45,732 nucleotides of DNA, filler included, from Catajapyx aquilonaris (GCA_000934665.2; 2 parts of 2 records of this genome joined end to end with filler, not necessarily neighbours in it), one strand, 5' to 3'. Numbered from the whole stretch's first letter, positions 12,685 to 22,788 are shown. Made by a program: numbers and translations. Notes: a model not told the origin generated them from the letters alone.

Positions 12685-15600
12685 GATACCACGTGATAGG
12701 CCTCCTTGGGCTTCTTAGGGGATAATCTTTTAAATACCTGTCTTTAATCATTGCCTGCACTATGATGGATTTTGATTGTGGGAGGAAATAAGAGAACCCA
12801 GAGAAAACCCACACGAACATGGAGAGAACCCATCGAAACTCTATCCACATAAGTATCCTCTGTCCGACCCGGGGATCGAACTCGGGACCTCAGAGGTGGA
12901 AGGCTGCAGGGATAACAACTCCGCCACCATGTCGCCCAATGGGAAGATATTATCATGCATACTTATGACTTTAGACTTGCAATAGAAACTGTCAGTAGAA
13001 TTGAAGATATGGTCGTAAACATATATTCCTTTCCCTTTTCCTCTCACCCCAGGAATCAATCCAGGGCAGACTGGCAATGATGTCGCAAAGTTTCAAATTA
13101 TAACTCATCTGCATCACCAGACCATCAGTCATCAAACTTAACCTCCACTCCAGGGTAATGTTGCACACAGAAGATGTCAACGAATCTAGACCTGAGAGCC
13201 TTTGGTACCGACATGTTCACATGTGTGGCTCTTACACAAAGCCACAGGGGGTCCTCCCTCTCCCCTGAGGAATCATCTGACTCATCCTCAGGGAGGACCT
13301 CCTGTGGCGCAGGCTCCTCTCTCTCAAGACTCCTCTGGCTTTAAAGAAGAAAAACCAGCCTTTAGCCATATAAAATAATTCAGGAAAATGTGCCTTGTGC
13401 GTCTGGGGGTGGGGTGACCTATGCCCAGTATTGGCTGGATTCAGTTGGGTTGATACCAACGAAATTGGGCCATTTTTGGAAATGACACCATCTAAAGACT
13501 ATTTAATGTTACTGTTTTTTCATGAAACAATGCATAGCTTTGAAACTAGAAATGTAGACACAGAGGGATGCATTGTACGAGCCAAGATGCAATAACTTTT
13601 AGGAACTAACTACATCCTATGATGCTAGTATTAGGTGAACTGGAAGGTTCCATGCAAATCATGAACTTCATTCTCATTTACTTAATTGTCATACAACCAC
13701 CAATTAATATTGTCTTCAAAAGTAGCACACTTTTAATGGTAAGGGGGGGGGGGGGGGNGGGGAAGCATCCCTCAATCCAATATTTCCATTGCTTCACTTT
13801 TCTTACTTGCCAGTCACACTACTAACATTTACCAGACTAAAAATTATGCAAAGCACATCATCTTCCCCTCCACCAATTCAGATAAACATGAAGCCACAAG
13901 GACGAAGACCAATGAGTTCCCCACAATACTTGGCTTTCTTTTCCAACCTTTCCACACCTGCTGTACTGATTTTTGGACAGTGTAACCACGTGACCTCTGC
14001 ATAATTACTGGCTCCTCAAGATCACCTTGTAGACCTCACATTTTACAATGACAATTCTCTTTCAAAGACTATATCAAGGTTCTCCAACTAGTGTGGAAGA
14101 AGTACTTACTTCCGGCCGCCACCCCCTCAGCCTCTTCTTCCCCTTCTTACTGGGGGGCTGCAGCTGTTCTCCAGTATCCTGAAATTATACAGACAGGATG
14201 AAGATACCGCCATGGTGCCATGTTGGATTATGTCCATCTTGATTGCTTGATTATCATACACAGACATAGGCTCATGAATCTTTTACAAAGCAGTTTTATT
14301 TGTTGGCCGGCAGTCATTTCATTTTCAATCACCCTGTATAGCTGTTGTTATTTGTAAAATATCTTGTCTTCAGAGTATGTGCAGAAAATCTAAGTGCTTT
14401 TGACCTAGCTGGTAGCGAATGGGTTAAAATTTTTCAGATAATAGTTGATGATGGCCAATTTTTCAGTAGCATATACAGGGTGATCCAACTCTGTGGCACC
14501 AGTGGTTATTTGAAAAATCGCGCAAGCTGCTTGTTTATAAGCAGGTCGTTGCTAAGAGATGCTTTCTGGCTCTTTCTGGAGAATCGGGAATAGCACCTGC
14601 TGATATTAGGTCTAATGCCCATGTAACAATATTAATGAGGGAGAAAAGGGTCATCCGTGGGAAACAGGCCTGTTCTGGTGTTCGCTGGAGGGTTTCACAT
14701 GAGGTCACTAGCTGCCAAACCAGAGGGCTAATCCGTCGGAACTGGACAGACCCGGGTGTGTCAATAAATAGGCCTTCTGGTCTGTTCATTGTTGGCCGCA
14801 GTTGGCGCAACTGAGACAGGTCAACATATAGGCAGCGTTGTTTAGTTACCAGTCTTAGCACCTGCTGATATTAGGTCCAATCCCCATACATGTACCAATT
14901 AATGAGAGAATGCCCAATGCAGACTGTACTGTTAGAACCCTAGAAGCCCTTGGGCGGCCCTCAAACAGGCCCCCTGAGTAAGGCATGTCCTGGTCCTGAC
15001 TCTACCAGAACTATTTATTTACTGGTAATTGCTGGTAACTAAACAACGCTGCCTCTGTTGACCTGTCTCAGTTGCGCCAACTGCGGCCAACAATGAACAG
15101 ACCAGAAGGCCTATTTATTGACACACCCGGGTCTGTCCAGTTCCGACGGATTAGGCCTCTGGTTTGGCAGCTAGTGACCTCATGTGAAACCCTCCAGCGA
15201 ACACCAGAACAGCCTGTTTCCCACGGATGATCCTTTTTTCCCTCATTAATATTGTTACATGGGCATTGGACCTAATATCAGCAGGTGCTATTCCCGATTC
15301 TCCAGAAAGTAACTCTTATTGATCTCTTAGCAACGACCTGCTTATAAACAAGCAGCTTGTTGATTTTTCCAATAACTGTTGGTGCCACAGAGTTGGATCA
15401 CCCTGTATATTGTTCACAGAAAGTATTATTTAGTAAAATGATTCCCATTACCATATGTTCGGTTAGTGAGCAATCTTAGGAATGCATCCTACACTTTTTA
15501 TGTCAAGAATTACAAATTTAGTTTCCCCCCGGGCACTAACTGCACACTTTGCAACAGCAGCGAAGAATGGTCCCTGCACCACTTGATTTATGATTGTCAT

Positions 15601-16537
15601 TTTTCACACGGAATAAGAAGGGCAAGACTTGGAGGGATTCCAAATCTTCCTCCAGATAAGATTCATTTATTGTTTTCATCCATGCCAGTGTATGCAATAC
15701 AGCAAATTTATGCCTTTTTTTCACTTTTGGTGGCGAGACTGCAATTCTGTGACATTGTACATCGTGGCAACACGGCAAATGTTTTTTTTTTCCATTACCC
15801 CATTGGGATTTACCATTTCCTTTAGGGGGGTGGATTACCACCATCGGAAATTGGAGCCGTATAAGAAGATCTTAATTAATTACTCCAGGGTAGGTAGGAG
15901 GGGATGTGCAAAGTGCAAGTGCAATGTCTCCAATGGTCATTTTGTGAGCTCCCCCGGGTGGCTTAGTCTGTCGGAAATTGCCACCCGAAATGAAGCCAGA
16001 GATGGCCCAACTCTGCACAGATAAAGGTGGGAACCCCGGGTGGGGATTGAACACGGGACCTTAACATCCGCGGGCGCGAGCGCTACCACTGCGCCACTTC
16101 ACCTCCCTGGCAAATGGGATATTATAGATCGGTCAACATAAGAACGCAACTGAGTGTGCATCGCCGTGGCGGACAGGATGCAATACTGGTACTGGAATCA
16201 GAAGTGATCTGTATCACCATGCCAGCGTCAGAAAAAAGTGTCGACCTGAACAGGTGACATGATTTTGCTCCCTCCCCCTTGGGACATCCCCGATGGGGAA
16301 GTTTCTTCCGGGGACATAATGTGTTGTGGACGAAATTTCTGGGGACGTTTTGTCTGGGATGAAATTTCCTACAACCCCCGCCCTTCTGACTTCTCATCAG
16401 CTATTACTGGTCTAGGTAATCACCTTCTGTTGCTTCTTCTGCTTCTTATTCTGTTCTGGTGGTCGCTGTTGTTGTTGTTGCTGCTGTTGTTGCTGATGTG
16501 GTGGTGGTTGCTGCTGCTGCTGTTGTTGCTGCTGCAG
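575..16537 (-). CDS. Putative orphan low-complexity protein encoded by short phase-0 exons (partial; start and stop not found)
   Basis: Exons 16537-16424 (polyQ), 14178-14110, 13334-13236, 11046-10975, 7829-7686, 2187-2149, 2040-1957, 1792-1721, 706-575. Each is a GC-rich island bounded by AG/GT, 3n long and open in phase 0 (825 nt). The 13334 acceptor was chosen over one 4 nt upstream because it keeps frame. Confidence 0.6.
942..1442. mobile_element. hAT-type MITE
   Basis: Imperfect TIRs CAGGAGGGTATGCAGG / CCTGCATATGGCCCTG; 8-bp TSD ATTGAGGG (934-941, 1443-1450). Confidence 0.8.
2422..3179. mobile_element. Palindromic mariner-type MITE
   Basis: CGAGGGTTGATTCAAAAGTCATGGCGCG ... CGCGCCATGACTTATGAATCAATCCTCG|TA; long diverged inverted arms. 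Confidence 0.85.
3808..7597. mobile_element. Old TA-flanked element with about 0.9-kb inverted arms (about 3808-4700 and 6720-7597)
   Basis: TA|CCGTTGCGAGCAGAAAGTTGGAAACCCC and GGGGTTTCCAACTTTCTGCTAGCGACTG|TA; many inverted homologous blocks between the arms. Confidence 0.65.
6078..6612. mobile_element. pogo/Tigger-like MITE (copy 1)
   Basis: (C)AGTAAAACTTCTATAAGTCG ... CGACTTATAGAAGTTTTACTG; homologous and inverted relative to 44340-44919. Confidence 0.85.
8521..8991. mobile_element. hAT-type MITE
   Basis: TIRs CAGCGGCGTAACAAC / GTTGTTACGCCACTG; 8-bp TSD GCTGTGAC; shares internal AATGTAACTGACAAAGTACAGTGGAATC (inverted) with 942-1442. Confidence 0.85.
9148..10011. mobile_element. Palindromic piggyBac-type MITE
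   Basis: TTAA|CCCC ... GGGG|TTAA with about 290-bp inverted arms; partial copies near 14300-14430, 17430-17570 and 22510-22620. Confidence 0.85.
10061..10231 (+). mobile_element. 5'-truncated non-LTR retroelement 3' end
   Basis: AATAAA and a (TAAA)n tail; 12-bp TSD AAAAGTGAGCTG (10049-10060, 10232-10243). Confidence 0.7.
10467..10658. mobile_element. Tc1-type MITE
   Basis: TA|CAGTGCTGGACAAATTAGCCG ... CGGCTAATTTGTCCACCACTG|TA. Confidence 0.9.
11114..11584. mobile_element. piggyBac-type MITE
   Basis: TTAA|CCCTTAAC..CGTAGGTGG ... CCACCTACGTAGTTAAGGG|TTAA. Confidence 0.85.
11591..12515. mobile_element. Palindromic mariner-type MITE (copy 1)
   Basis: TA|CAGGGTGATCCAACTCT ... AGAGTTGGATCACCCTG|TA; about 350-bp arms. 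Confidence 0.92.
12613..12683. repeat. Head-to-head (TTA)n(TAA)n microsatellite, tail of the SINE
   Basis: Directly visible. Confidence 0.9.
12620..12937 (-). mobile_element. tRNA-derived SINE with a V-domain-like core
   Basis: A box (TGGCGGAGTTG), B box (GAGTTCGATCCC), core GTGGGTTTTCTCTGGGTTCTCTTATTTCCTCCCACA, (ATT)n tail, TSD AATGGGA(C/A)GATATTAT. Confidence 0.85.
14476..15405. mobile_element. Palindromic mariner-type MITE (copy 2, inverted relative to 11591-12515)
   Basis: Same TIRs, TA TSD, near-identical sequence with the central spacer reversed. Confidence 0.92.
15420..15780 (+). mobile_element. Non-LTR retrotransposon ORF2 C-terminal remnant
   Basis: CCHC knuckle CTLCNSSEEWSLHHLIYDC in ORF 15466-15825. 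Confidence 0.7.
15782..16108 (-). mobile_element. tRNA-derived SINE (family A)
   Basis: A box TGGCGCAGTGG, B box GTTCAATCCC, poly(A) tail, TSD GGCAAATG; highly similar to 41470-41822. Confidence 0.9.
16424..16537 (-). repeat. CAG/CAA repeat encoding polyQ
   Basis: Mixed CAG/CAA codons within a predicted exon. Confidence 0.8.
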
Positions 16538-17579
16538 CTGAGGTGGTTGATGTGTAAGCAGAATATTTGTTAGTTAAAAAAAAAATCAGATTCACTTCCA
16601 AACTAAACAGCCAGAATAGGGGACCTGATCAGTGCACGACAAGCTACAGGCACAAAATAACAGCTTTGAGTGAAATTTCCAATAACTAAAAGAACCCATG
16701 ACCTTGGAACATCATGCATAATAAAGCTCCTCTCCGCATAACAGAAGACAATGGTCCCCAACGAATTCCTCCCCCTTTTCCTCCCACTTAAGCCAGGGCA
16801 GACTAGCAATGACATAATGATATTTTATTTCAGTCAACTCCATCAATCGGCCAACAAACTCAACCAGTTACAGTGACTCTTGTGTGTTAGGAATCGGACG
16901 GGACCCTAAAAATAGTCCGTAATGAACAGGTTTCCGCTATATTCAGATCAAGGGCGTTTCTATAAGTTTTTTTGCTAGTGAGAAAGAGAGGAAAATGGGG
17001 AGACAAAAAGAAGCACATTAGCTTCAATATGGTACAAAATCAGTCCACCTAACACACACCACACACTTTTTTCAGCGAAATTCTGTGCCTGTGTCAGGAA
17101 CTTTCCAGCCACCTATTTGAAACACTAAGTTTTGCCATACCAAGGTTTTGGGCTATTAATTTTGCCTGCTCTTTTGGACCAACTGCCTGGACACGAGCAA
17201 TATGTTGAGCCGATGTCAACCCCCTTCCTCTTCCTCGACATTTTAAAACTGGACTGAACAGTGGACTTGAAAGGCAGGGCACCTACAAATAACAGGTGAC
17301 AATTTTCTTGGCCGTCCAAAAAGCTGCATCTCTGTTTTCCAACCAAAATTAGTCCCCTTTCCTCTCGAAATATCTTCAAGTGCACTGTCTCACCGCAATT
17401 CCAGTCGTTCTGTACCTTTTATAGCGTATTAATTTTCATAATTAAATGAGCCTAACAGTTGGCCGGTAGTACTGGAATTTCGATTTTTCAAGACTGTCTT
17501 TTTGTAAACTAAGTTGGGACTTCTGGACGAGTAAAATTGTTCGCAACACATTCAAGCGTTTTCCATGAATGGATAAAAA

Positions 17580-18307
17580 CAGGGTGATCAAGAAAAAATT
17601 GTGCAGATTTTTAAAAGCTATAACTCAAATGCTTATAAACACATTTAAATTATTTCAGCTTTGAAATGCTATAAAAAGTCTCAAGGTTGGGTCTCACCTT
17701 AGTTTGGTTCCATATGCACTTCATTTGTTACTCACAGTCTCCACAGAAAAATACTGTTTTCCGTCTGGTGCCCATCCCGCTCAATCATATCAGGAGTTAC
17801 CATTGCGATCCTATCCCGTAGGTGATGGATGTCTCGTATCATTACACCACAAACATTATTCTTGATGATTCAAATAAAAAAGTCGCCTCATCCATGAATC
17901 CAACCTGCCTTAGAAAAGTCTCGTTTGTTCAGCATCCCAGCAGTGTGCGAAAGCTTCAATGAGAAGTTTCCCCATGCCTAGCCCCTCCAAAAGCCCAGAT
18001 GTTACACCATGAAACTATTTTGTGGAGATACATGTACTGTATAGTGAAAAGATCTGGCATCACTCTCACCTACGGGATAAGATTGCAATGGTAACCCCAG
18101 ACATGCCTGAGCAGGTTTGGCACGACATCAATTACTATTGTATTTACATTTCCTGAGCGACGAATGTAGCTCGTAAAGAAACAAAATATGGTGAGTCCAA
18201 AACTTTAGACAGTTCTTAGCATTTCAAAAGTTAAATCATTTAGATATGGCTACAAGCTTTTTAGTTATAGAGTTTTAAAATACATGCATTCATTTTCAAT
18301 CACCCTG
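17580..18307. mobile_element. Degenerate mariner-derived palindromic element with two inverted transposase 3' remnants
   Basis: CAGGGTGAT ... ATCACCCTG|TA; SPDVTP*NYF..HLRDKIAMVTPDM on + and DFFI..HLRDRIAMVTPDMIER on -. Confidence 0.75.
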
Positions 18308-19696
18308 TATACATGTTTTAATTTATTTTTATTAATTTATTAATTTATTAAATTCATTTATACCCCATTGGGAGAATCGGCGGCGGTCCATTAGGGGGAT
18401 GGAATACCACAATTGAATGGCCGTCTGGAACAAAAGCCCAAGTCCAGTCCAAGAAATGGGTGGGCTTGAAGGAAATATTTTTTTCCTGGGCATGGCAATA
18501 ATGAGCCCTAGGCATTTAACTTCGTGAAACAGGTCCGTGAAGGCCACCCGAATATATGGTGAGATTCTCGCATCGATACAACAATCAGGGGAACAATATT
18601 TTGCAATTTACTGATTTGGACTTGGGTTTTTGTTCCATAGGAACGTGGATTGCGGAAAACGAAGTCTGTTCAGTGGCTGCTAATATTAAACACAGTTTGT
18701 GCGATGAAGCAACTTTATGCCATACCAATATTGCTTTCACAGGGTCAAATATGCGCACTGTACATGCCTATGGTACTCCCAAAGGACCATTCAACAACAG
18801 GTGATATTCTTTCTTGCTGCATACTCGTGTTGCATTGGTGGGCATGTCATTCCTATGGGGTCAGTCAGACACCAAGAGGCGTGTACTGGCCGAGACCGTC
18901 TTGAGTTGAACTCAAGGATGCGACTCTGCCTGATGTCAAAATGACGCGTGCTGGGTGTTAATTGGCCTTGCCTGCTTGCCCAGCATAATCTAATATATTT
19001 CAAGACGTATGTCCCTTCTTGTGACCTAAACAGATCCATACGGAGGCCTCGACATATGCCCCAGGGGTATCATTAGGGGTAGTATTTGGCTGGGAAGGTT
19101 CTTAGCGCATTGGAATTGACCTCCGAGGTCATCCTTGGCCACAGGAGGCTAAAAGGACTGTCGGAGTTTGGCCTCCTGTTCTAATAGTGCGCATTTTGGT
19201 ATCAACAATCTTTGCTCAGTTGCCATGGATTCTTTCCTTCCCGCCTCTCGAGGCCGGAGAGGTCACATCGCCCCCCCTCCCCATTCTGCCACTTCCACCC
19301 CGTCCCCCCCTTCGCATCCACTCCTCCATCCGCCCTCCCCCTCCTGTCAGATGCCCNCTCTCCCCCCCTCCCACCATCACCCCCTTCATTAAACATTCGA
19401 CATTTCATTTTATACAAACACTTTTTTTTTTAAATACCATTGCCACGGCAACAGCGTTCCATCGAAATAAACAGGGGTGTGTGTGTGTGTGTGCGTGCGT
19501 GGACGCACATTGCCATCCTTGTGAGGAGTGTGTTTACGCTGTTTTCCAATCCTTGTGACGAGGAATTTTGTCATTACGAGGCAGTTTTCCTGTACCTCAT
19601 AGTGATCACTCGCCTCACAAGGATAGGGAAAAATTGACAAATACCTCATAAAGACAGTAAAAATATATATTCCCCAAAATTTGGTGTGTTTTTTGT

Positions 19697-19718
19697 AGGT
19701 TAGGTTAGGTTAGGTTAG
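19697..19718 (+). repeat. Short (TTAGG)n run inside the Helitron
   Basis: AGGTTAGGTTAGGTTAGGTTAG; same unit as the arthropod telomere repeat. Confidence 0.8.
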
Positions 19719-20380
19719 TTTTAAATTTAAAATTTTGGAAAAACCTCACAAGGCCTGGGTGTGGGTGTGTGTGTGTGTGTGTGTGTGGTCATGTGTGTGT
19801 GTCCCTGCACCCTACCTGTGTACATTATCAATATCAACATCCCACCCACTTTAAGATGCACCAAACAAAAAAGGTAGTAGCATTGGCAGATGAAGCTCAT
19901 CGGATACACGCAGAGTTCGGCAAAGGAGGGACCGGGAGATGAGGAAGAACACCGGGCCCGTCTGAGTGCTACATCTACCAGCTATTCGAGAAAAAGAGAG
20001 CAGGAGAGTGAGGTGGAACGTCAGGCCCGTCTCAGTGCTGATGCCGCCAGACACTCCGCCAGCAGACAAAAAGAGTCTGCTGAAGAAAACCAAGCCAGAC
20101 TCCACTCTGAGAAACGCGACCATCAGCCGGAGATTAGCTCAATTTTCATCAACCCGCCTCCTAAATGCCGCTTTCCAACTACTCCACACACATGGACTAT
20201 TCTTCTGTCGATGTTGTTGCAATTGGTTCCATGTCTAGGTATGCCAACCATGATGCCAACACTGTCAGGCAAAGAAGTGGAAGGGTGAAACAAAATAGAT
20301 CTGTTGCTCCAATGGAATAAAGGTTAGCCTTCCTCTCCTGGCTGAGCCTCCACAGCTACTTAAAATGCTCCTCTTAGGTA

Positions 20381-20525
20381 CTATCGGGTTCAAATACTTT
20401 TGGCCACTTTATCCTGGTCTTGAAGCAACCCTTCACATACACACACCTCGCTCCTTAACGTGGGGCTGTGCGAAGGGTTGCTTCAAGACCAGGAGAAAGT
20501 GGCCAAAAGTATTTGAACTCGATAG
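20381..20525. mobile_element. 145-bp TA-flanked MITE inside the Helitron coding remnant
   Basis: TA|CTATCGGGTTCAAATACTTTTGGCCACTTT ... AAAGTGGCCAAAAGTATTTGAACTCGATAG|TA. Confidence 0.9.
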
Positions 20526-21405
20526 TACATCACTTAATAATTCAAAACATTTCCTGTAGACCATCGGAAATTACAATTCGGCCTGACTTCCAGATGACAT
20601 CTTTTGGGGCCAACGTTGTTAGAGAAGAGGGCTTCATGCCTACATTCAAAGTGCAAGGGCAAATTTACCATTGCATGGGATCACTCCTTCCTTCAGAAAA
20701 TGAGAGTCCGCGGTTTCTGCAACTTTACTTCGTGGGGAACATGCAACAGCAGGCGGGATACCGTTGCACCTACTTAAACGGCACACGCCTCGACATCATA
20801 CTGCAACTTCAGGAGATATCCATTCCACCCACACTTACGTCAAAAGCTTCACGCTTGCACTTGAGAGTCCTCCTCCTCTGGAATTTGACTTGGTCATCGA
20901 TGCAGACAAGCGACCACAAGGTGAGCATCGTGGTCTATTCAATCAACCTTCTAGCAATGAGACTGCTGTGACCATGAGTGGTCAGGAGCATGGTAAGAGG
21001 GATATTGTGTTGAAGCTTCGCGACAACACGCATCATCTATGCAATTATGAACGTAATTGGCTATACCAAATATTGCATGTGCACCAATCCAAACAACACA
21101 CTACGGATGCCAGATTCTAAGCTCTGCTATGTTGGAGCTTCTATACATTCTACACATTTACCGCACAACCTTCCATTTTTCACTACATACTTTTGCTGGA
21201 TTTTGAAGGTGTATTGTGTATTTTCTTACAATCCCACATCCGCAGTGTGTTGTTTGGACTTCATGCAGATGCATGTTACAGGCTCCATGTTACAGGTATG
21301 CCAACATGGTATAGCCATAATTATTGCAAAGGTAACTACCAAATCAATGAGTCACTCCTATGGAAAATTCTTTCATAACCCGAGCAACGCCGGGTATCCT
21401 GCTAG

Positions 21406-21742
21406 TAATAATAATATAATAATGATCCGGGGTAGTGCTGACCTCATCAGAGGTATGTAGCACGGACCTTTATTTATTTGTTGTGTACATTGGAGCCTTT
21501 ATACGTAACACCCGGGCCCATGGGCAGGATGACAGGAGGGGATGTGCAAGGTGCAGTGCATCTGACGCTGTGGCCATTTTTAGTGAACTGCCCCGGGTGG
21601 TTTAGTCTTTAGGAAATACCACCCGAGACGAAGTCAGAAGTGACTGCACAAGATGAAGGGGGTGTCCCCGGGTTGGGATCGAACCCGGGACCTTAACATC
21701 CGTGGGCGCGTACGTTACCGCAGCACCACTTCGCCTCCCCAA
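21406..21742 (-). mobile_element. tRNA-derived SINE (family A relative) whose tail received the Helitron
   Basis: A/B boxes (GGTTCGATCCC); 17-bp TSD CCTGCTTGCCCAGCATA at 18971-18987 and 21743-21759. Confidence 0.88.
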
Positions 21743-22685
21743 CCTGCTTGCCCAGCATACGTCATTATGACGTAAGGCAGTCGCATCCTCCAGTTCAACT
21801 CAAGACAGCCTCGGCCAGTATACGCCTCTTGGTGTCTGACCGACCCCATAGGAATGACATGCCCACCAGTGCAACACGAGTATGCAGCAAGAAAGAATAT
21901 CAACTGTTGTCGAATGATCCTTTGCGAGTACCATAGGCATGTACAGTACGTATATTTGACCATGTGAAAGCAATATTGGTACGGCATAATGTTGCTTCAT
22001 TGCGGAAACTGTGTTTAATATTAGCAGCCACTGAACAGAATTGGTTTTCCGCAATCCACGCTCCTATGGAACAAAAGCCCAAGTACATCATTCCCAACAG
22101 AACAAAAGCCCAAGTCCAAATCAGTCAATTGCAAAATATGGTTCCCCTGATTGTTGTATCGATGCGGGAATCTCACCATATATTCGGGTGGCCTTTACGG
22201 ACCTGTTTCACGAAGTCAAATGCCTAGGGCTCGTCATTATTGCCATGCCCAGGAAAAAAATATTTCCTTCATGCCCACCTATTTCTTTACCTGGACTTGG
22301 GTTTTTGTTCCAGAGGGCCATTCAATTGGATGGGGCCCAGGATAGGGAAGGAAGGACGCGGCTGTCGCCTGTTTTAACGGAAACGACCTCGGAATTAACC
22401 TATGGGGGACCATGGGAAACCACAGAAAACCACGGTCAGGGTCGCCGGCCTCGGGATTCGAATCCAGGACCTCCCGATTAGCGGTCGGACTCCATATCCA
22501 CTACACCAACCTGTAGCTGTTGTTATTATTTGTAAAATAACTTGTCTTTATCTTCAGAGTAAGTGCACGTGAAAATCTAGGTGCTTTTGACCTAGCTGCT
22601 ATAGTGAAGGAGTTAAATTGCTTCTGGAATATTAATATTAATCTTTCAGATAATAGTTGATAATGGCCAATTTTTCCAGTAGCAC

Positions 22686-22734
<49 letters not shown>

Positions 22735-22788
22735 TTTATTCCCATTTCACCCCTAAGGGTACTTGAGGGAAGACTTCCCTTGATACAC

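Larger units (their letters stand above)
18989..21405 (+). mobile_element. Non-autonomous Helitron with a degenerate RepHel N-terminal region
   Basis: 5' A|TCTAATATAT; 3' hairpin CCCGAGCAACGCCGGG then CTAG|T. Frameshifted coding remnants about 19890-21030: ESEVERQARL repeats, CQHCQAKKWKGE, FQMTSFGA..FKVQGQIYH.MGSLLP..PRFLQLYF. Confidence 0.92.
18415..22323. mobile_element. Palindromic element of unassigned superfamily (arms about 18415-18955 and 21750-22323), interrupted centrally
   Basis: About 550-bp inverted arms; ends CAATT|GAATGGCC ... GGCCATTC|AATTG. Confidence 0.75.
18316..22510 (-). mobile_element. tRNA-derived SINE split by nested insertions (head/body 22510-22328, tail about 18410-18316)
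   Basis: Head GGTTGGTGTAGTGG..GGATTCGAATCCC; body GTGGTTTTCTGTGGTTTCCCATG..CGCGTCCTTCCTTCC resembles insect Lm1/Talua-type SINEs as recalled; tail resembles that of family A. Confidence 0.65.

Noticed and set aside
12466..12696. Poly-Ile, poly-Leu and poly-Asn ORFs
   Set aside because: Translations of the SINE-tail microsatellite.
11666..14861. Repeated ORFs RQLRPTMNRPEGLFIDTPGSVQF, and similar mirrored ORF pairs at 23789-24206, 26987-27985 and 34082-34689
   Set aside because: Artefacts of palindromic MITE arms; no transposase motifs.
16259..16573. Plus-strand poly-Leu 'membrane' ORF
   Set aside because: Antisense shadow of the polyQ exon; splice signals are on the minus strand.
17141..17423. 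Candidate TATA box (TATAAAAG on minus, about 17416-17423) and first exon (MSRKRKG..) of the orphan gene
   Set aside because: The best donor is phase 2 and the only 3n+1 bridging exon found (16872-16905) has an in-frame stop, so it could not be joined to the phase-0 exons. Left unresolved.
19697..19718. Telomere
   Set aside because: Only about four TTAGG units, internal to a Helitron.
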